From Salisapilia sapeloensis CBS 127946 (taxonomy: Eukaryota; Protista; Oomycota), in the NCBI GenBank assembly GCA_023334545.1, contig JAADVB010000131.1, positions 1-50,971 on the forward strand: a stretch of DNA of 50,971 bases, written 5' to 3'. The notes beneath the pieces were generated by a model. It saw nothing but the letters and a program-made list of their open reading frames with translations. It did no database searches and was not told the origin of the DNA. This document shows, piece after piece, positions 1 to 9,831 of this stretch; the first letter of the stretch is position 1; each line of letters starts with the position of its first letter. The position numbers and the translations under genes were made by a program.

Positions 1-22
1 ACCTCACGCTCTATTCCTTCCT

Positions 23-1033
23 TCAGACTACCTTGACGATGATCTTGCCAGAGCTCTTGCCAGAGTACAAGTGCTCCACTGCGTCCGGCACCGACTCGAT
101 ACCCACGAAACTCGACGCGTCCAACCCAGGCTTCAGCTTTCCAGCTTCCACGAGCTTCAATAATCGAGCCATGTGCTCCTGGTAATGCTCCGCGTACTTT
201 AGCCAAGGAGCGCCACGCAAAGTAGCAGAGCGATGCAATAGCGCATCCGCGAGCTTATGGAGCTCAATTGTAGGCTTTTCACCAGTGACGTATCCAGAGA
301 TAAATCCGAAAATGATGACGCGACCGCCGATCGCGACGTTCTCGACTGCAGCTCGAAGCAGTTCACCGCCGACGCAGTCAAAGACGAGATTGATACCGCT
401 CGGATACTCTTTCTTTAGAACCTCAGCAGTATTTTCCTTTTTGTAATTGATAACACGGTCGCAACCGAGAGATTTTAGCATTTCTGCCTTCTCTGGCGTG
501 CTGCAAGTACCAATGACATGGTTGCCAGCGAGTTTCGCCAGTTGCACAGCCAGCTGACCGGACGCTCCGGCGGCAGCAGTCACCAAGACAGTTTCATTCG
601 TTGCCATCTCCCCAGCGTATTCTAGCGTCATGGATGCAGAAGCACCACACACCATGAGTGGCATGAGCTCAGGCCGGATTGCGTCGACTTTAGTGACCCT
701 GGTCGCCGGCACTTCGACGTACTCGGCAAAAGCTCCAACAGCCGAGTAGACGACTGTGTCTCCAACTTGGAATCCAGCCACATTCTTTCCTACTTCTTCG
801 ATGACGCCCATTCCATCGAGGCCACAGCCGTGTGGAGGCGGTCCTTCGGTGTATGCGCCATTAGTGATATTGAGATCCGTAGCGTTGATACCAACGTAGT
901 GGTTTTTCACAACAATCGTGTCGTCATGCGCTGTCGGATGGACAGAGTCCTCGACCAAGTGGGTCGACTTGCGGAAGTCCATGGACTCTGTGTGCACTTC
1001 CCATCGCTTCATCGTCTGCGGTTTGGATGCCAT
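23..1033 (-). CDS. MDR-family NADP-dependent oxidoreductase, prostaglandin reductase 3 / ZADH2-like
   Basis: GroES-like N-terminus (YVGINATDLNITNG) and Rossmann motif VLVTAAAGASGQLAVQLAKLAG, GTCSTPEK, GCDRVINYKKE. The ORF track starts at 1171; the ATG at 1033 (MASKPQ) is the more likely start. Confidence 0.85.
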   Translation of the reverse strand: MASKPQTMKRWEVHTESMDFRKSTHLVEDSVHPTAHDDTIVVKNHYVGINATDLNITNGAYTEGPPPHGCGLDGMGVIEEVGKNVAGFQVGDTVVYSAVGAFAEYVEVPATRVTKVDAIRPELMPLMVCGASASMTLEYAGEMATNETVLVTAAAGASGQLAVQLAKLAGNHVIGTCSTPEKAEMLKSLGCDRVINYKKENTAEVLKKEYPSGINLVFDCVGGELLRAAVENVAIGGRVIIFGFISGYVTGEKPTIELHKLADALLHRSATLRGAPWLKYAEHYQEHMARLLKLVEAGKLKPGLDASSFVGIESVPDAVEHLYSGKSSGKIIVKVV

Positions 1034-1713
1034 CTCTTCTCTTGTGTCCGTCAAAGCAAATTGGGAAATGATTGTCAAAGCATCGGATATCGTAATCACT
1101 TTATCGGTTATATTGTGGACATTGGACATTTGTATGGGAAGACTCGAATAAAAAGGTGTATTTATCTTCAATGCGTTGTTGAAGTCAAACTATTTTGAAG
1201 CTTGTGCACGATTGATTAGCTTGAACTCGGGCAATGAAATAGATCCGTAAATGGGTCTTCTTACTCAAAGTGATGAGCAGTAGCTCATGACTGGATTTTG
1301 CGTATCAAAAAGTCAAAGTGATACGACAGGTTCGAACGCTCTTCAGTTTTCAGAACGATGCTATCGGCGTCGTGTACACTTCGAGCGTTGAGAAAGATTT
1401 CGAAAGGGCATCACGGAGCACATCCGTACTCAAATCTTTAGTAGAACTTCTTTGCTGATGATCTGCATATTGTCAGTAGCATGGTGCAACAAGTCTTTCT
1501 GAATAATAGCATACGTGCCATGCAATAGAGTTTTCTTACAGCTTGTACTGTACCATTAATTCGTTGTTTATTATTCATCGATAGCACCGCATCCCAAAAC
1601 ATATTCTCATTTCCATTTACATGTTTGCACTTGGTGAACTTGCATCGCTGATGGATTGCTTTCAAACAGACTGATCCTATATTTGGAATCAAATTGGTCA
1701 AGCAACACTATAG

Positions 1714-3276
1714 ATGACAATTCCTGCTTCCAATGTCGCTATACCCGAGACTGTTCCACCCAATTGCAAACGAACAAAATCCTTACATGGAGAGAATAGT
1801 TGCCATGCGCATACTCACATACGCTTTGTCAAGCTACCGCATAATTCTCTCCTCTCCCCTCTGCCTCTTGCTAGCGTACACTTTTCTAGTGTACCACCGA
1901 AGGCTGGCTCTAAACGGTCTACCCCATCAAGTGTCCAAGCTATCCGCAAAAAGTTCCAGCAAGGATTGCAAAGCAACAACAAAGGCAGTAGACGCGAATA
2001 CACGTCGAAAGTGATAACCAAAGAGGAAGCTTACGAAGACAAAACCAGATATTTATATTTTGCCATGAAGTACGGACCTCTCCACGCAGACATTTACCAA
2101 AGAAGCGAACTACCAGGTCGAAGTTACGCATACATCGTCAAAGTGCGAGCGTGTCGGCTCCAAAAGTGGATCCGGAAGCTGCTTGCCAAGATACATCAAC
2201 GCCGCATTCATAATCATAGCGTCACTGCTATTGAATGGATATTCCGCAGAGGCGTCGCTGAGTGTATGCACACACTTCATCTGAATACGCTTGTTCCTTT
2301 TCTTTCAAGGAGCAGCAATAGGTATCGTTTGCAGACAATGATGAGACGATGGAAGCAATACACTTCACTGAGTCTTCGTGTGCGTATATCTCGCAGAGCA
2401 CTATGTCATCGCCAAACGGAGTCTTGCTTTATCGCTTGGCTGAACTACCTGTCAAGACGCAAGATGACCGTCGTACTGGTAACCTTACAACGTCGACGCA
2501 CCTTGCTTTATAATGGACTCGCCTTTTGGAAGTTGAGGTACCAGTTGCATGCATTCGCAAGACGTCAAATCTCGCAGTGGTGGCAAGAAGTTTATACTCG
2601 CCGCTGGTGGTCGTGGTGTCATGCCATAGCGCAACACCAAGTAGCTCGATATCTTCTTCAGAGGTGGATACGAGGGACACTGGCTCGCATTCGTGTGCAG
2701 GAACTTCGAGACGATGCTGCCATTCGTAAGTGTCTCGACAGTTGTGTCCATGTAGTAACTTGCGATGCATTGAGTCAGTTGCGTAGTACGAAACGAAGGG
2801 AGATATTAACGAAGGAAGTGGAGTGGAATCAACGAGAGACGGATGACATTCTGTCAGCGGAAGCGATCGTCATGGAGCAGGCTTCTCGAGATTTAAAGCG
2901 AGTAGTTCGAAACAACACACGCCGACGAGTCGATAGGATTGTGCAAAAGCTACTAGCAGACTCTGCTTTGACACAAACGAACAGACAGCTGAAAGCATTG
3001 GAAGAAGTGGCTATACAAGCAGTAGTTACCGACATGAAGAGAGCTGCGAGAGAAGAGGTAGTAGTACGCCTAGCTCCTTTTCGACCTAGTAGCGTAGGCT
3101 GTATCGTATGCTACGTTCAAGATATCTACTCTGATCCGATTTTAAGCATCCCTCATGACTGTCGAGAGTGTAATGCAACGCATGCCAATGTCCGTACTGC
3201 TCTGCAATGCATAGACGAACATGAAGCGTCTTTTTACGACAACAACCAAAAGAAAGTAGGCTTGTATTTGTACTAG
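1714..3276 (+). CDS. Hypothetical basic helical protein with IQ-like and Sfi1-like Trp motifs
   Basis: 520-codon ORF with LQRWIRGTLAR (IQ-like), LQKWIRKLLAK, periodic W residues and a C-terminal CxxC..CxxC. TAG directly precedes the ATG, so upstream exons are possible. Confidence 0.55.
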   Translation: MTIPASNVAIPETVPPNCKRTKSLHGENSCHAHTHIRFVKLPHNSLLSPLPLASVHFSSVPPKAGSKRSTPSSVQAIRKKFQQGLQSNNKGSRREYTSKVITKEEAYEDKTRYLYFAMKYGPLHADIYQRSELPGRSYAYIVKVRACRLQKWIRKLLAKIHQRRIHNHSVTAIEWIFRRGVAECMHTLHLNTLVPFLSRSSNRYRLQTMMRRWKQYTSLSLRVRISRRALCHRQTESCFIAWLNYLSRRKMTVVLVTLQRRRTLLYNGLAFWKLRYQLHAFARRQISQWWQEVYTRRWWSWCHAIAQHQVARYLLQRWIRGTLARIRVQELRDDAAIRKCLDSCVHVVTCDALSQLRSTKRREILTKEVEWNQRETDDILSAEAIVMEQASRDLKRVVRNNTRRRVDRIVQKLLADSALTQTNRQLKALEEVAIQAVVTDMKRAAREEVVVRLAPFRPSSVGCIVCYVQDIYSDPILSIPHDCRECNATHANVRTALQCIDEHEASFYDNNQKKVGLYLY

Positions 3277-3297
3277 TACCTAGCAATCACCAAAGAG

Positions 3298-4314
3298 TCA
3301 AATGACAGCCTCTTCATCTTCATCCGGAACGTCTTCGTCTTCCACTTCATTCGCCTTCATATCTCGTTGAAACTCCAGACCTGCTTCCGTCTGATCCATC
3401 GCTGCGTTGCGGATGGGTCCAGGCACTTGCGTGTTCTCAAACGTCGGCAGAGCGAGCCCGAACGCCTGGGCCACAGCTTGACCAGCAGCTAGCGCTGCGC
3501 CGGTCATGGCATTGGACATGGCTGTCCGGAAGACCTCTTGCTGCTCTCGACTCAGATTCCTGGCTGGAATCAACGGAAGAGGAAGGGACGGAGTGGCCAT
3601 CCGAAGCGCACTTGGGTCGTCTACATCCGGCCAGATGCGAGATCGCTTGGAGCTCAGGCCGTCTACTAGATCGTCTTCTGTCCTCCTCTCGGGGTCCATG
3701 TCCGCCAGCGATGGCGTTGTGGTACTTGCATAACCTTCCTTCTTGAGCTTGGCTTTAAAATTCACAACGTCTCGAGGCAGAACGAGCGTGTTGGGGTCTT
3801 CATGCACGAGCTGCTGGTGGATTTGAATCGGCGGTACATTCGGTCCCATCTCTCGAATGCGCTGCTCTTGTGCTGGTGTCAGTTTCCGGAAGCATGGATG
3901 GTCTCTCGGGTTTTTGAAAGGCTCGTGATTGTGCGTGCTATTGCCGTGCTCAATGCGCCATCGACGGTCGTTGAGCCGACGCAGGACCACCGTAAAGGGA
4001 CAACCGCATAGCCGAGAAGGCGTTTTCGGATGACGCTGGACTGCGTGGGAGACGTAGGTTCCGCCTCGATCGCATCCGATGACAGCTCGCTTCAAAACGC
4101 GGTCTTTCGTGCACTTGGACCGCTGCTTTCGAATGCCGTAGCCAGCAGTTCGAGCATGCTGTCGAACGGCTTCGTACGCGTCGTCGAAAGTGGGGTAGAC
4201 GGCCTCAGGTGGAGGTGCCATGGACATTTCGATCGGGTGCGGAGAGTATGGGGCCGGCGGAGAGTCGTCACCGCTGGCGCCCATCTTAAGCTCGGCGTCT
4301 CCATTTTCGTTCAT
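3298..4314 (-). CDS. FAR1/WRKY-GCM1-type DNA-binding domain protein (MULE-derived), no transposase core
   Basis: FDDAYEAVRQHARTAGYGIRKQRSK...IGCDRGG...SRLCGCPFTV...WRIEHGNSTHNHEP matches the FAR1 C-C-H-H finger. A helical module follows; no DDE region is seen. Confidence 0.75.
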   Translation of the reverse strand: MNENGDAELKMGASGDDSPPAPYSPHPIEMSMAPPPEAVYPTFDDAYEAVRQHARTAGYGIRKQRSKCTKDRVLKRAVIGCDRGGTYVSHAVQRHPKTPSRLCGCPFTVVLRRLNDRRWRIEHGNSTHNHEPFKNPRDHPCFRKLTPAQEQRIREMGPNVPPIQIHQQLVHEDPNTLVLPRDVVNFKAKLKKEGYASTTTPSLADMDPERRTEDDLVDGLSSKRSRIWPDVDDPSALRMATPSLPLPLIPARNLSREQQEVFRTAMSNAMTGAALAAGQAVAQAFGLALPTFENTQVPGPIRNAAMDQTEAGLEFQRDMKANEVEDEDVPDEDEEAVI

Positions 4315-4951
4315 GATACTGCTGTTCGGGGGGTATGGAGAAGATTATGGAATGGTCTGGATGAAAGCTGCTCGGAAAAAGTATGTCTTCTTTATGTAGA
4401 AGCTTGTATGGTATAGAAGGCATTGTTTGTCGGGACGGAAGAAATGGGTGGTAGCGTTATCTCGAGTGGCAGAGATCTTGAAGCGATGGAAGTGTTGCTG
4501 CGGACGATGGAAATGACATGTATCAAGCCTTTTCAGCACACGAGGCCATTTGTAGATCTGTTAGGAGTGTCGTCTTATCGAGAACGATTGCATCGGAGTT
4601 TGTATCTGCAAACTTGATACGTAGTTAAGAGAAGAATTCCATTTCGTAAGTTAATGCTTTGCCGCCACTTCCACGTATACAGTCGGGAATGGACAATGTG
4701 ATAGTAGCATAAGTACGAGTTGTCGTGTTCTGGCATCACACGGGGGAAAACTCTCCTCATGCGTGGCCAAGTTCCAGAATTTCATATCTACATGGACAAT
4801 GAATTTAAAATATGTACATAAACATATTCAAATATTCCACAACGTCCCAAGTAGGAAATGGAGTTGATCAAGTGTCTGCTCACATTTAATCTTACGATCA
4901 AGAGCACGGACGAGTAGGTGTCAACGCAGCAAGTTGTGCTAAAAGTATATC

Positions 4952-6788
4952 ATGGGAGCTCTACGAGCCTTAGTGGGGGCCATTGCGACTGCCTCTGTCA
5001 TCCTGTATCAAGTACGTGCTCCTAGTACTGCATCCACGACGCTACACGTACTCATGTCTTTGGTGTTTGCTAGCCGGTCGCCGGTGCGGAGTCTGTGGGC
5101 AAAGTCCGCGTCGAGGCTGAGAACGCCTTTGTGAATGGACAGGTCAAAGAGGTATGTAGGCTACAGCTTTGGCTTGCTCGAGGTGCTAACGTCTGTGCGT
5201 AGTCCATTTCGCTCTTCTCGAAACTGATTGACATGGAACCCGACAATGAACGCAACTACTACAAGCGCTTCCGAGCGTACTTGAGTGAACGCAAGTACAC
5301 GTCAGCCTTGTCAGACTTGACGTCCGCACTTGAAGTGAACCCCACGTACAAGCAGGTGCGGTCGATCTCTTTCCATCTTTAGCGTTTCAAATCTAAAAAG
5401 AGTCTTCCTGTAGGGTCTATCTCAACGTGGCAAGCTAAGGATGATGCTCGGCTATTGCTCAGATGCTGTTATGGATCTGGACAAAGCAGTCCGGTATGTT
5501 CGTACGTGCCGATAGATGATGCGAATACGTACTAAGAGCGAATGTAGGAACTATCCGGACGACACGAGTATGCGAAAGCAGTTGACAAAAGCAAAGGAAT
5601 GCGCTATGAAACTGGACAAGGCGGAGAAAGCACAGGTATACTTGTATCCTAGCACATCCCTTGACTGGGAATTTTACTTTCGAGAGTAGAGTCGTGGAGA
5701 CTACGCGACGGCATACGAACTGCTCACTTCTGTCATTGACGAGACAGCCTTCTCCAGCACCACGCTTCTCCTCGATCGCGCTCAACTCAGGTATTATCCT
5801 CTCTCTTTCCCATCCACTATCCTCCTACTCACGAACTACTAGTGTCTCCATGGGTCAGCCGTACGACGCCGTCGCCGACCTCGGATCTCTCCTCAAACTC
5901 GACTCGAACAACCTAAACGCGCTGCAGTTGCGAGGCGAAGTGCTATACTCTCTAGGCGACCCTCAGTCGCTCGAAGCAGCTCAGACGCACTTTCGACAGG
6001 GCTTGCACTCGGACCCGGAGCACACTGGTCTCAAGACCTTGTACCGTCGTCTGAAGAAGCTGTTGAAAGCCATCAGTCGAGGTCACGCGGCCACGACCGA
6101 GAACAAGTTTGAGGACGCCGTGGGTCATTGGAAGGATGCCTTGGCCGTCGATCCGACTCACAAGAACTTGAATAAAGACCTGTACTTGTTCCTCTGTGAA
6201 GCGCAGCTCAAGGCGAAGCAGTATAGCGAGGCGGAGAAAAGTTGTCGAAAGACACTGGCGATCGACTCGAAGAACGCCAAGGCGCATGCCAAGATGAGCC
6301 AAGTCCACTTGGCGTTGGAGGCGTATGATGACGCTGTGCGGAGTGCAAAGGAAGCGGTCGAGTTGGAAGACTCGAAGGAGTACCAGGAGCTCCTCCACAA
6401 GGTTGAGACGGCGCTAAAGCAGAGCAAGAACAAGGACTACTACAAGATCCTCGGTGTCTCAAGAGACGCGTCGACGAAAGAGATCAAGAAGGCGTATCGG
6501 AAGTTGGCGCTCGAGTGGCACCCGGATAAACATGGAGATGAGACGAGGGAGCAGGCGACCAAAAAGTTTAACGACATTTCGGAAGCGTACGACATCTTGT
6601 CGAATGACGAGGAACGCGCCAAGTACGACCGAGGCGAGATGGACGAGCCGCAGGGTGGTAATGGGTTTGGCAATGGTGGCCACGGATTCCCGTTCGGAGG
6701 CAGTCCGTTCGGTCGGGGTTTCCGGACTGGTGGTGGTTCCCAGTTCTTCCAACAAGGTGGACGTACGTTCCAATTTAACTTTGGGTAG
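4952..6788 (+). CDS. DNAJC3: DnaJ subfamily C member 3 (P58IPK-like): signal peptide, TPR repeats, C-terminal J domain; 7 exons
   Basis: Exons 4952-5011, 5074-5151, 5203-5355, 5414-5493, 5548-5635, 5690-5790 and 5843-6788 are joined by GT-AG introns of 51-62 nt and give an in-frame 501-aa protein. J domain KDYYKILGV...WHPDK, TPR helices, hydrophobic N-terminus. Confidence 0.9.
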
Positions 6789-6871
6789 AAAGTGGAAATA
6801 CATGCATTGGCATTGACACGACATGTTTAAAAAGTTCTTGATATGGCTTTCGATCGCCACGTTGCTAGTTC

Positions 6872-8185
6872 CTATACGTCCCAATCCATGCAGTAGCTCG
6901 TCATGTCGGACTCGGTGATACTCCTCTCACATGCGTCAACAGCACACGTGCCAGTCTCTGCTCGGATCAAATCACCGACGATGGCGGCAGTGTTCCCAGA
7001 CATCGCCGCCTTTTGTAAACAGTGCTCGCAGAACGACAGGACTTTGGGGAGGACCATCCCTCGTACGGATGGATAGTGGAACGTCTCCTTCTTTAAACAC
7101 TTGTGGCAAACGTACTGGAAACAGAGCTTGCAAGACCGCTCGGTTCCCTTTCGAGCACCGAAGCGCTGGCCGGCGGGCTTTCGACAGGTAACGCAGACGT
7201 GGCGCGTGGATACGCCACCAGAGCCCATGATGGCGCTGTCGTGGATCAATTCCATCGGCTTTCTATGCTTGAGCTGAAGGAGGGCCGCAAGTTTCTTCAT
7301 CCGACCGCATTTGGCGTACAAAGCAGAGGAGAGGATGGCGTCGCAGGCCGACTTGACGACAGCCGCGCGCATGAGGCCGCCTGCCGGGTTCAAGTACGCT
7401 CGAATATGGGCATTGACTGTGTTCTCCTTGGTCTGCTTATAAATTCCGCAAATGGACATGTTGCCTCTGATCTTGTCCGGGAGCTCGTGCGTCTGAGGCA
7501 AGTGGATCGAATGCAAGAGGTGATAACCGACCTTGTCACCATTTTGGAGCTCTTTGATGCCACTGCTTTCAATGTAGACAAAGTCTCGGTTCTTGAAGAG
7601 TGCTCGCAGGTGCAGACGCTGGCCTTTGTCTACCCACTTGATCTCGGAAGAGTCGAAAGGTTTCTCCGGTGTGGGCGACTTCAACGACTCTAGCACTGCG
7701 CAGTCTGCGAGGTAGTCTTTTGCGTAAGATGTCTTGACACGCATGTCGTCAACACCTGGGTTGCTCAGACCATACATGAAGTCATTTAGCTTGCCGTCAA
7801 CTTCGCCAACGACGAGAAAGTTTGGTACATTGTCCGATGGTGGCGAAGGCTCCATCGCTTGCTTTATCCGTTCCGTAAACCGAACTTTACGAGTGCCATT
7901 CTCCGAGTAGTCGCTCCCACTTTGACTACTGCCGCTGCGGTTTTGGAAACGCAGCCACGAACGTGATGCCTCCTTGCGTTCAAGGTACGCGTGGAGACCA
8001 TTTTGCGTCTTGATGTACTTCCACTGGTTGGAATTGATTGCTTTACCACTTTCCGCGAACTGGGTGTAGTCATCGATGGTGTTTTTCACAAAGACCTGGG
8101 AGATGTACTCGAGAGAATTTACATCTTCTGGAGACAATTCCAGTCGCCCGAATGGACTGGAGTACGTCTGCGGTCCTCGAGGCAT
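6872..8185 (-). CDS. Oomycete START-like domain + FYVE-like zinc finger protein
   Basis: Family-type N-terminus (SPFGRLELSPED), START-like core (WKYIKTQNGLHAY, RDFVYIESSG, GYHLLHS) and C-terminal CxxC..CxxC..CxxC..CxxC. Likely ATG 8185; the track starts at 8221. Confidence 0.75.
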   Translation of the reverse strand: MPRGPQTYSSPFGRLELSPEDVNSLEYISQVFVKNTIDDYTQFAESGKAINSNQWKYIKTQNGLHAYLERKEASRSWLRFQNRSGSSQSGSDYSENGTRKVRFTERIKQAMEPSPPSDNVPNFLVVGEVDGKLNDFMYGLSNPGVDDMRVKTSYAKDYLADCAVLESLKSPTPEKPFDSSEIKWVDKGQRLHLRALFKNRDFVYIESSGIKELQNGDKVGYHLLHSIHLPQTHELPDKIRGNMSICGIYKQTKENTVNAHIRAYLNPAGGLMRAAVVKSACDAILSSALYAKCGRMKKLAALLQLKHRKPMELIHDSAIMGSGGVSTRHVCVTCRKPAGQRFGARKGTERSCKLCFQYVCHKCLKKETFHYPSVRGMVLPKVLSFCEHCLQKAAMSGNTAAIVGDLIRAETGTCAVDACERSITESDMTSYCMDWDV

Positions 8186-8897
8186 CTTCTTTGTTGTGTG
8201 GGTTTCGAAAGAAATTGTCAAGTGTGACTCGGAAGACGATGTACGGCGGTACCGACTGGCGTCAGCGAAGTAGAAGCTTAGCCATTCTTACTCCAATATG
8301 CGTGACGCACGTAGCTGTATAGAACACTGGTCAGAAGGATCAAGCATTGTTGTTCGAACAATCAGACAGATAGCAAGCCTGCACATCCTATAATCTCCGA
8401 AGATGTTACGTTCGATCAGATGAAGAATGGGTTGCTTTGATAAAGTTCCAATTCGTGTGCTTGCGTACAAGCATATTGCTGCTTTGAAAGTCGAAAAGAA
8501 GTTTTCATTAAGCTTGGGTCTTCCCATTCGATTCTCTTTTCCAATCGCTGCCAAAGTTGACGGTCCTTCTGAAAGAAAGATGCGAGCGCTTGTCCGAATT
8601 GTAGCTACAATCCACCCAAAACAGGCTATCAGAAGATACGCAATGTAATGGAGGAGACTCGTTGCAGAGAAGGTGTCTGGATCCAGTGGCCAGTATGCAC
8701 TCCGCTGAGATGATACGACAATTAATCGAGTTGTCAGCGGAAACGGGAAGTGGATGATTTATATTTGTTTAATTTACGGCACTATTCTTGACGGAAGAAG
8801 GAAAGAACAACAGTGCAGTCGCATTCGTAGGATAAAAAGGGATGGAAATAGAAACGAGTTCAGGCAAAAAACCTTCGTCTGCAAAGCAAAAGTAATT

Positions 8898-8978
8898 CGA
8901 CAGCTGTGAGATTCGAACTCACGCGGGTTGCCCCAATAGATTTCGAGTCTATCGCCTTAACCGCTCGGCCAAGCTGTC
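8898..8978 (-). tRNA. tRNA-Ser(CGA)
   Basis: Reverse complement GACAGCTTGGCCGAGCGGTTAAGGCG-ATAGA CTCGAAA TCTAT-long variable arm-GTGAG TTCGAAT CTCAC-AGCTGTCG. Paired stems, A/B boxes and a downstream T-run. Confidence 0.95.
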
Positions 8979-9137
8979 TTACAATGACTGGTCATTTTAT
9001 TAGATATAAAAATGAATTAGATTCGGTAGTTACGTCGTCTAGCGTAGGAGGAATTTGATTTTGAGCTCTTTTTACTTGTAACTTAAAGTAGTTGACTGCA
9101 CATGCACTCCGATCCATGTAGTAGATGTACTGAGACG

Positions 9138-9831
9138 TTATACACCAATAGACGACGAACTGTCTTCCTTGCATTTGCCATTTTTAGCAACGTACTCGGC
9201 AATCTTGGCTTGCTGCACCCTTCGCAAAATTGCATTCAACGCATAGATCTCGGCACGGCGTCTAGACCGTCTTTTTATGTTCTTCTCCTGCATGATTTTC
9301 GCCGTCGCTAACTTTTCTTCTCTCTCTCTTTCTTCCTGCATCTTTTTTTCATGCTCTAGCTTCCGAAGTTCTTTTACGCGACGCAGCGCCTTCTTCGCAC
9401 ACTCATTCGTCGCCCTGCATTGGCCACCAACGATTGTCATGTCAAAGCTTGAAGCTCTCTCACTCATTGCAGATATGTTGTCAATCGGTTGTGAACTTGC
9501 GTCAGCGTGTGTTGGTTCTGACGATATGGCCAAGGTTGCTTGGTTGTTGTAGTCACCGCTAGTATCCTCGGTAACGTCATCTCCATCTGCATTATCATCT
9601 TCACTTGGATGGTCATTGTGATCTGGTTCGTGCTCTGAAGATGTAGGTGACCGAGAGGTGAACGACGTCTGGCGTACTGCTCGAAAGGCAGCTCCACACG
9701 CAAATTCGGCATCTGCCATTTCTACAAGTTTTTGATCGTTATTCACATGCAGCTCGAATAGACATGACTGATATACGATGCTTACTTTCACTTCCTAAAC
9801 GGACGAGAGGTACTGGTTTGACAACATGCAT
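9138..9831 (-). CDS. Hypothetical protein with acidic low-complexity region and C-terminal coiled coil
   Basis: A GTAAGC...TAG intron at 9722-9785 joins ATG 9831 (MHVVKPVPLVRLGSE) in frame to KMADAEFACG. K/E/R-rich helix LRKLEHEKKMQEEREREEK and RRAEIYALNAILR. Confidence 0.55.

Noticed and set aside
6640-6788. DNAJC3 lacks KDEL/HDEL and ends in a G/F-rich tail (FQFNFG)
   Set aside because: A similar aromatic tail without KDEL is usual for P58IPK homologs, so it is not unusual.
8288-8755. About 155-codon open frame on - with a TM-like stretch, upstream of the START-FYVE gene
   Set aside because: No upstream in-frame ATG and no consistent splice model; two competing frames look equally protein-like. 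Unresolved without RNA-seq.
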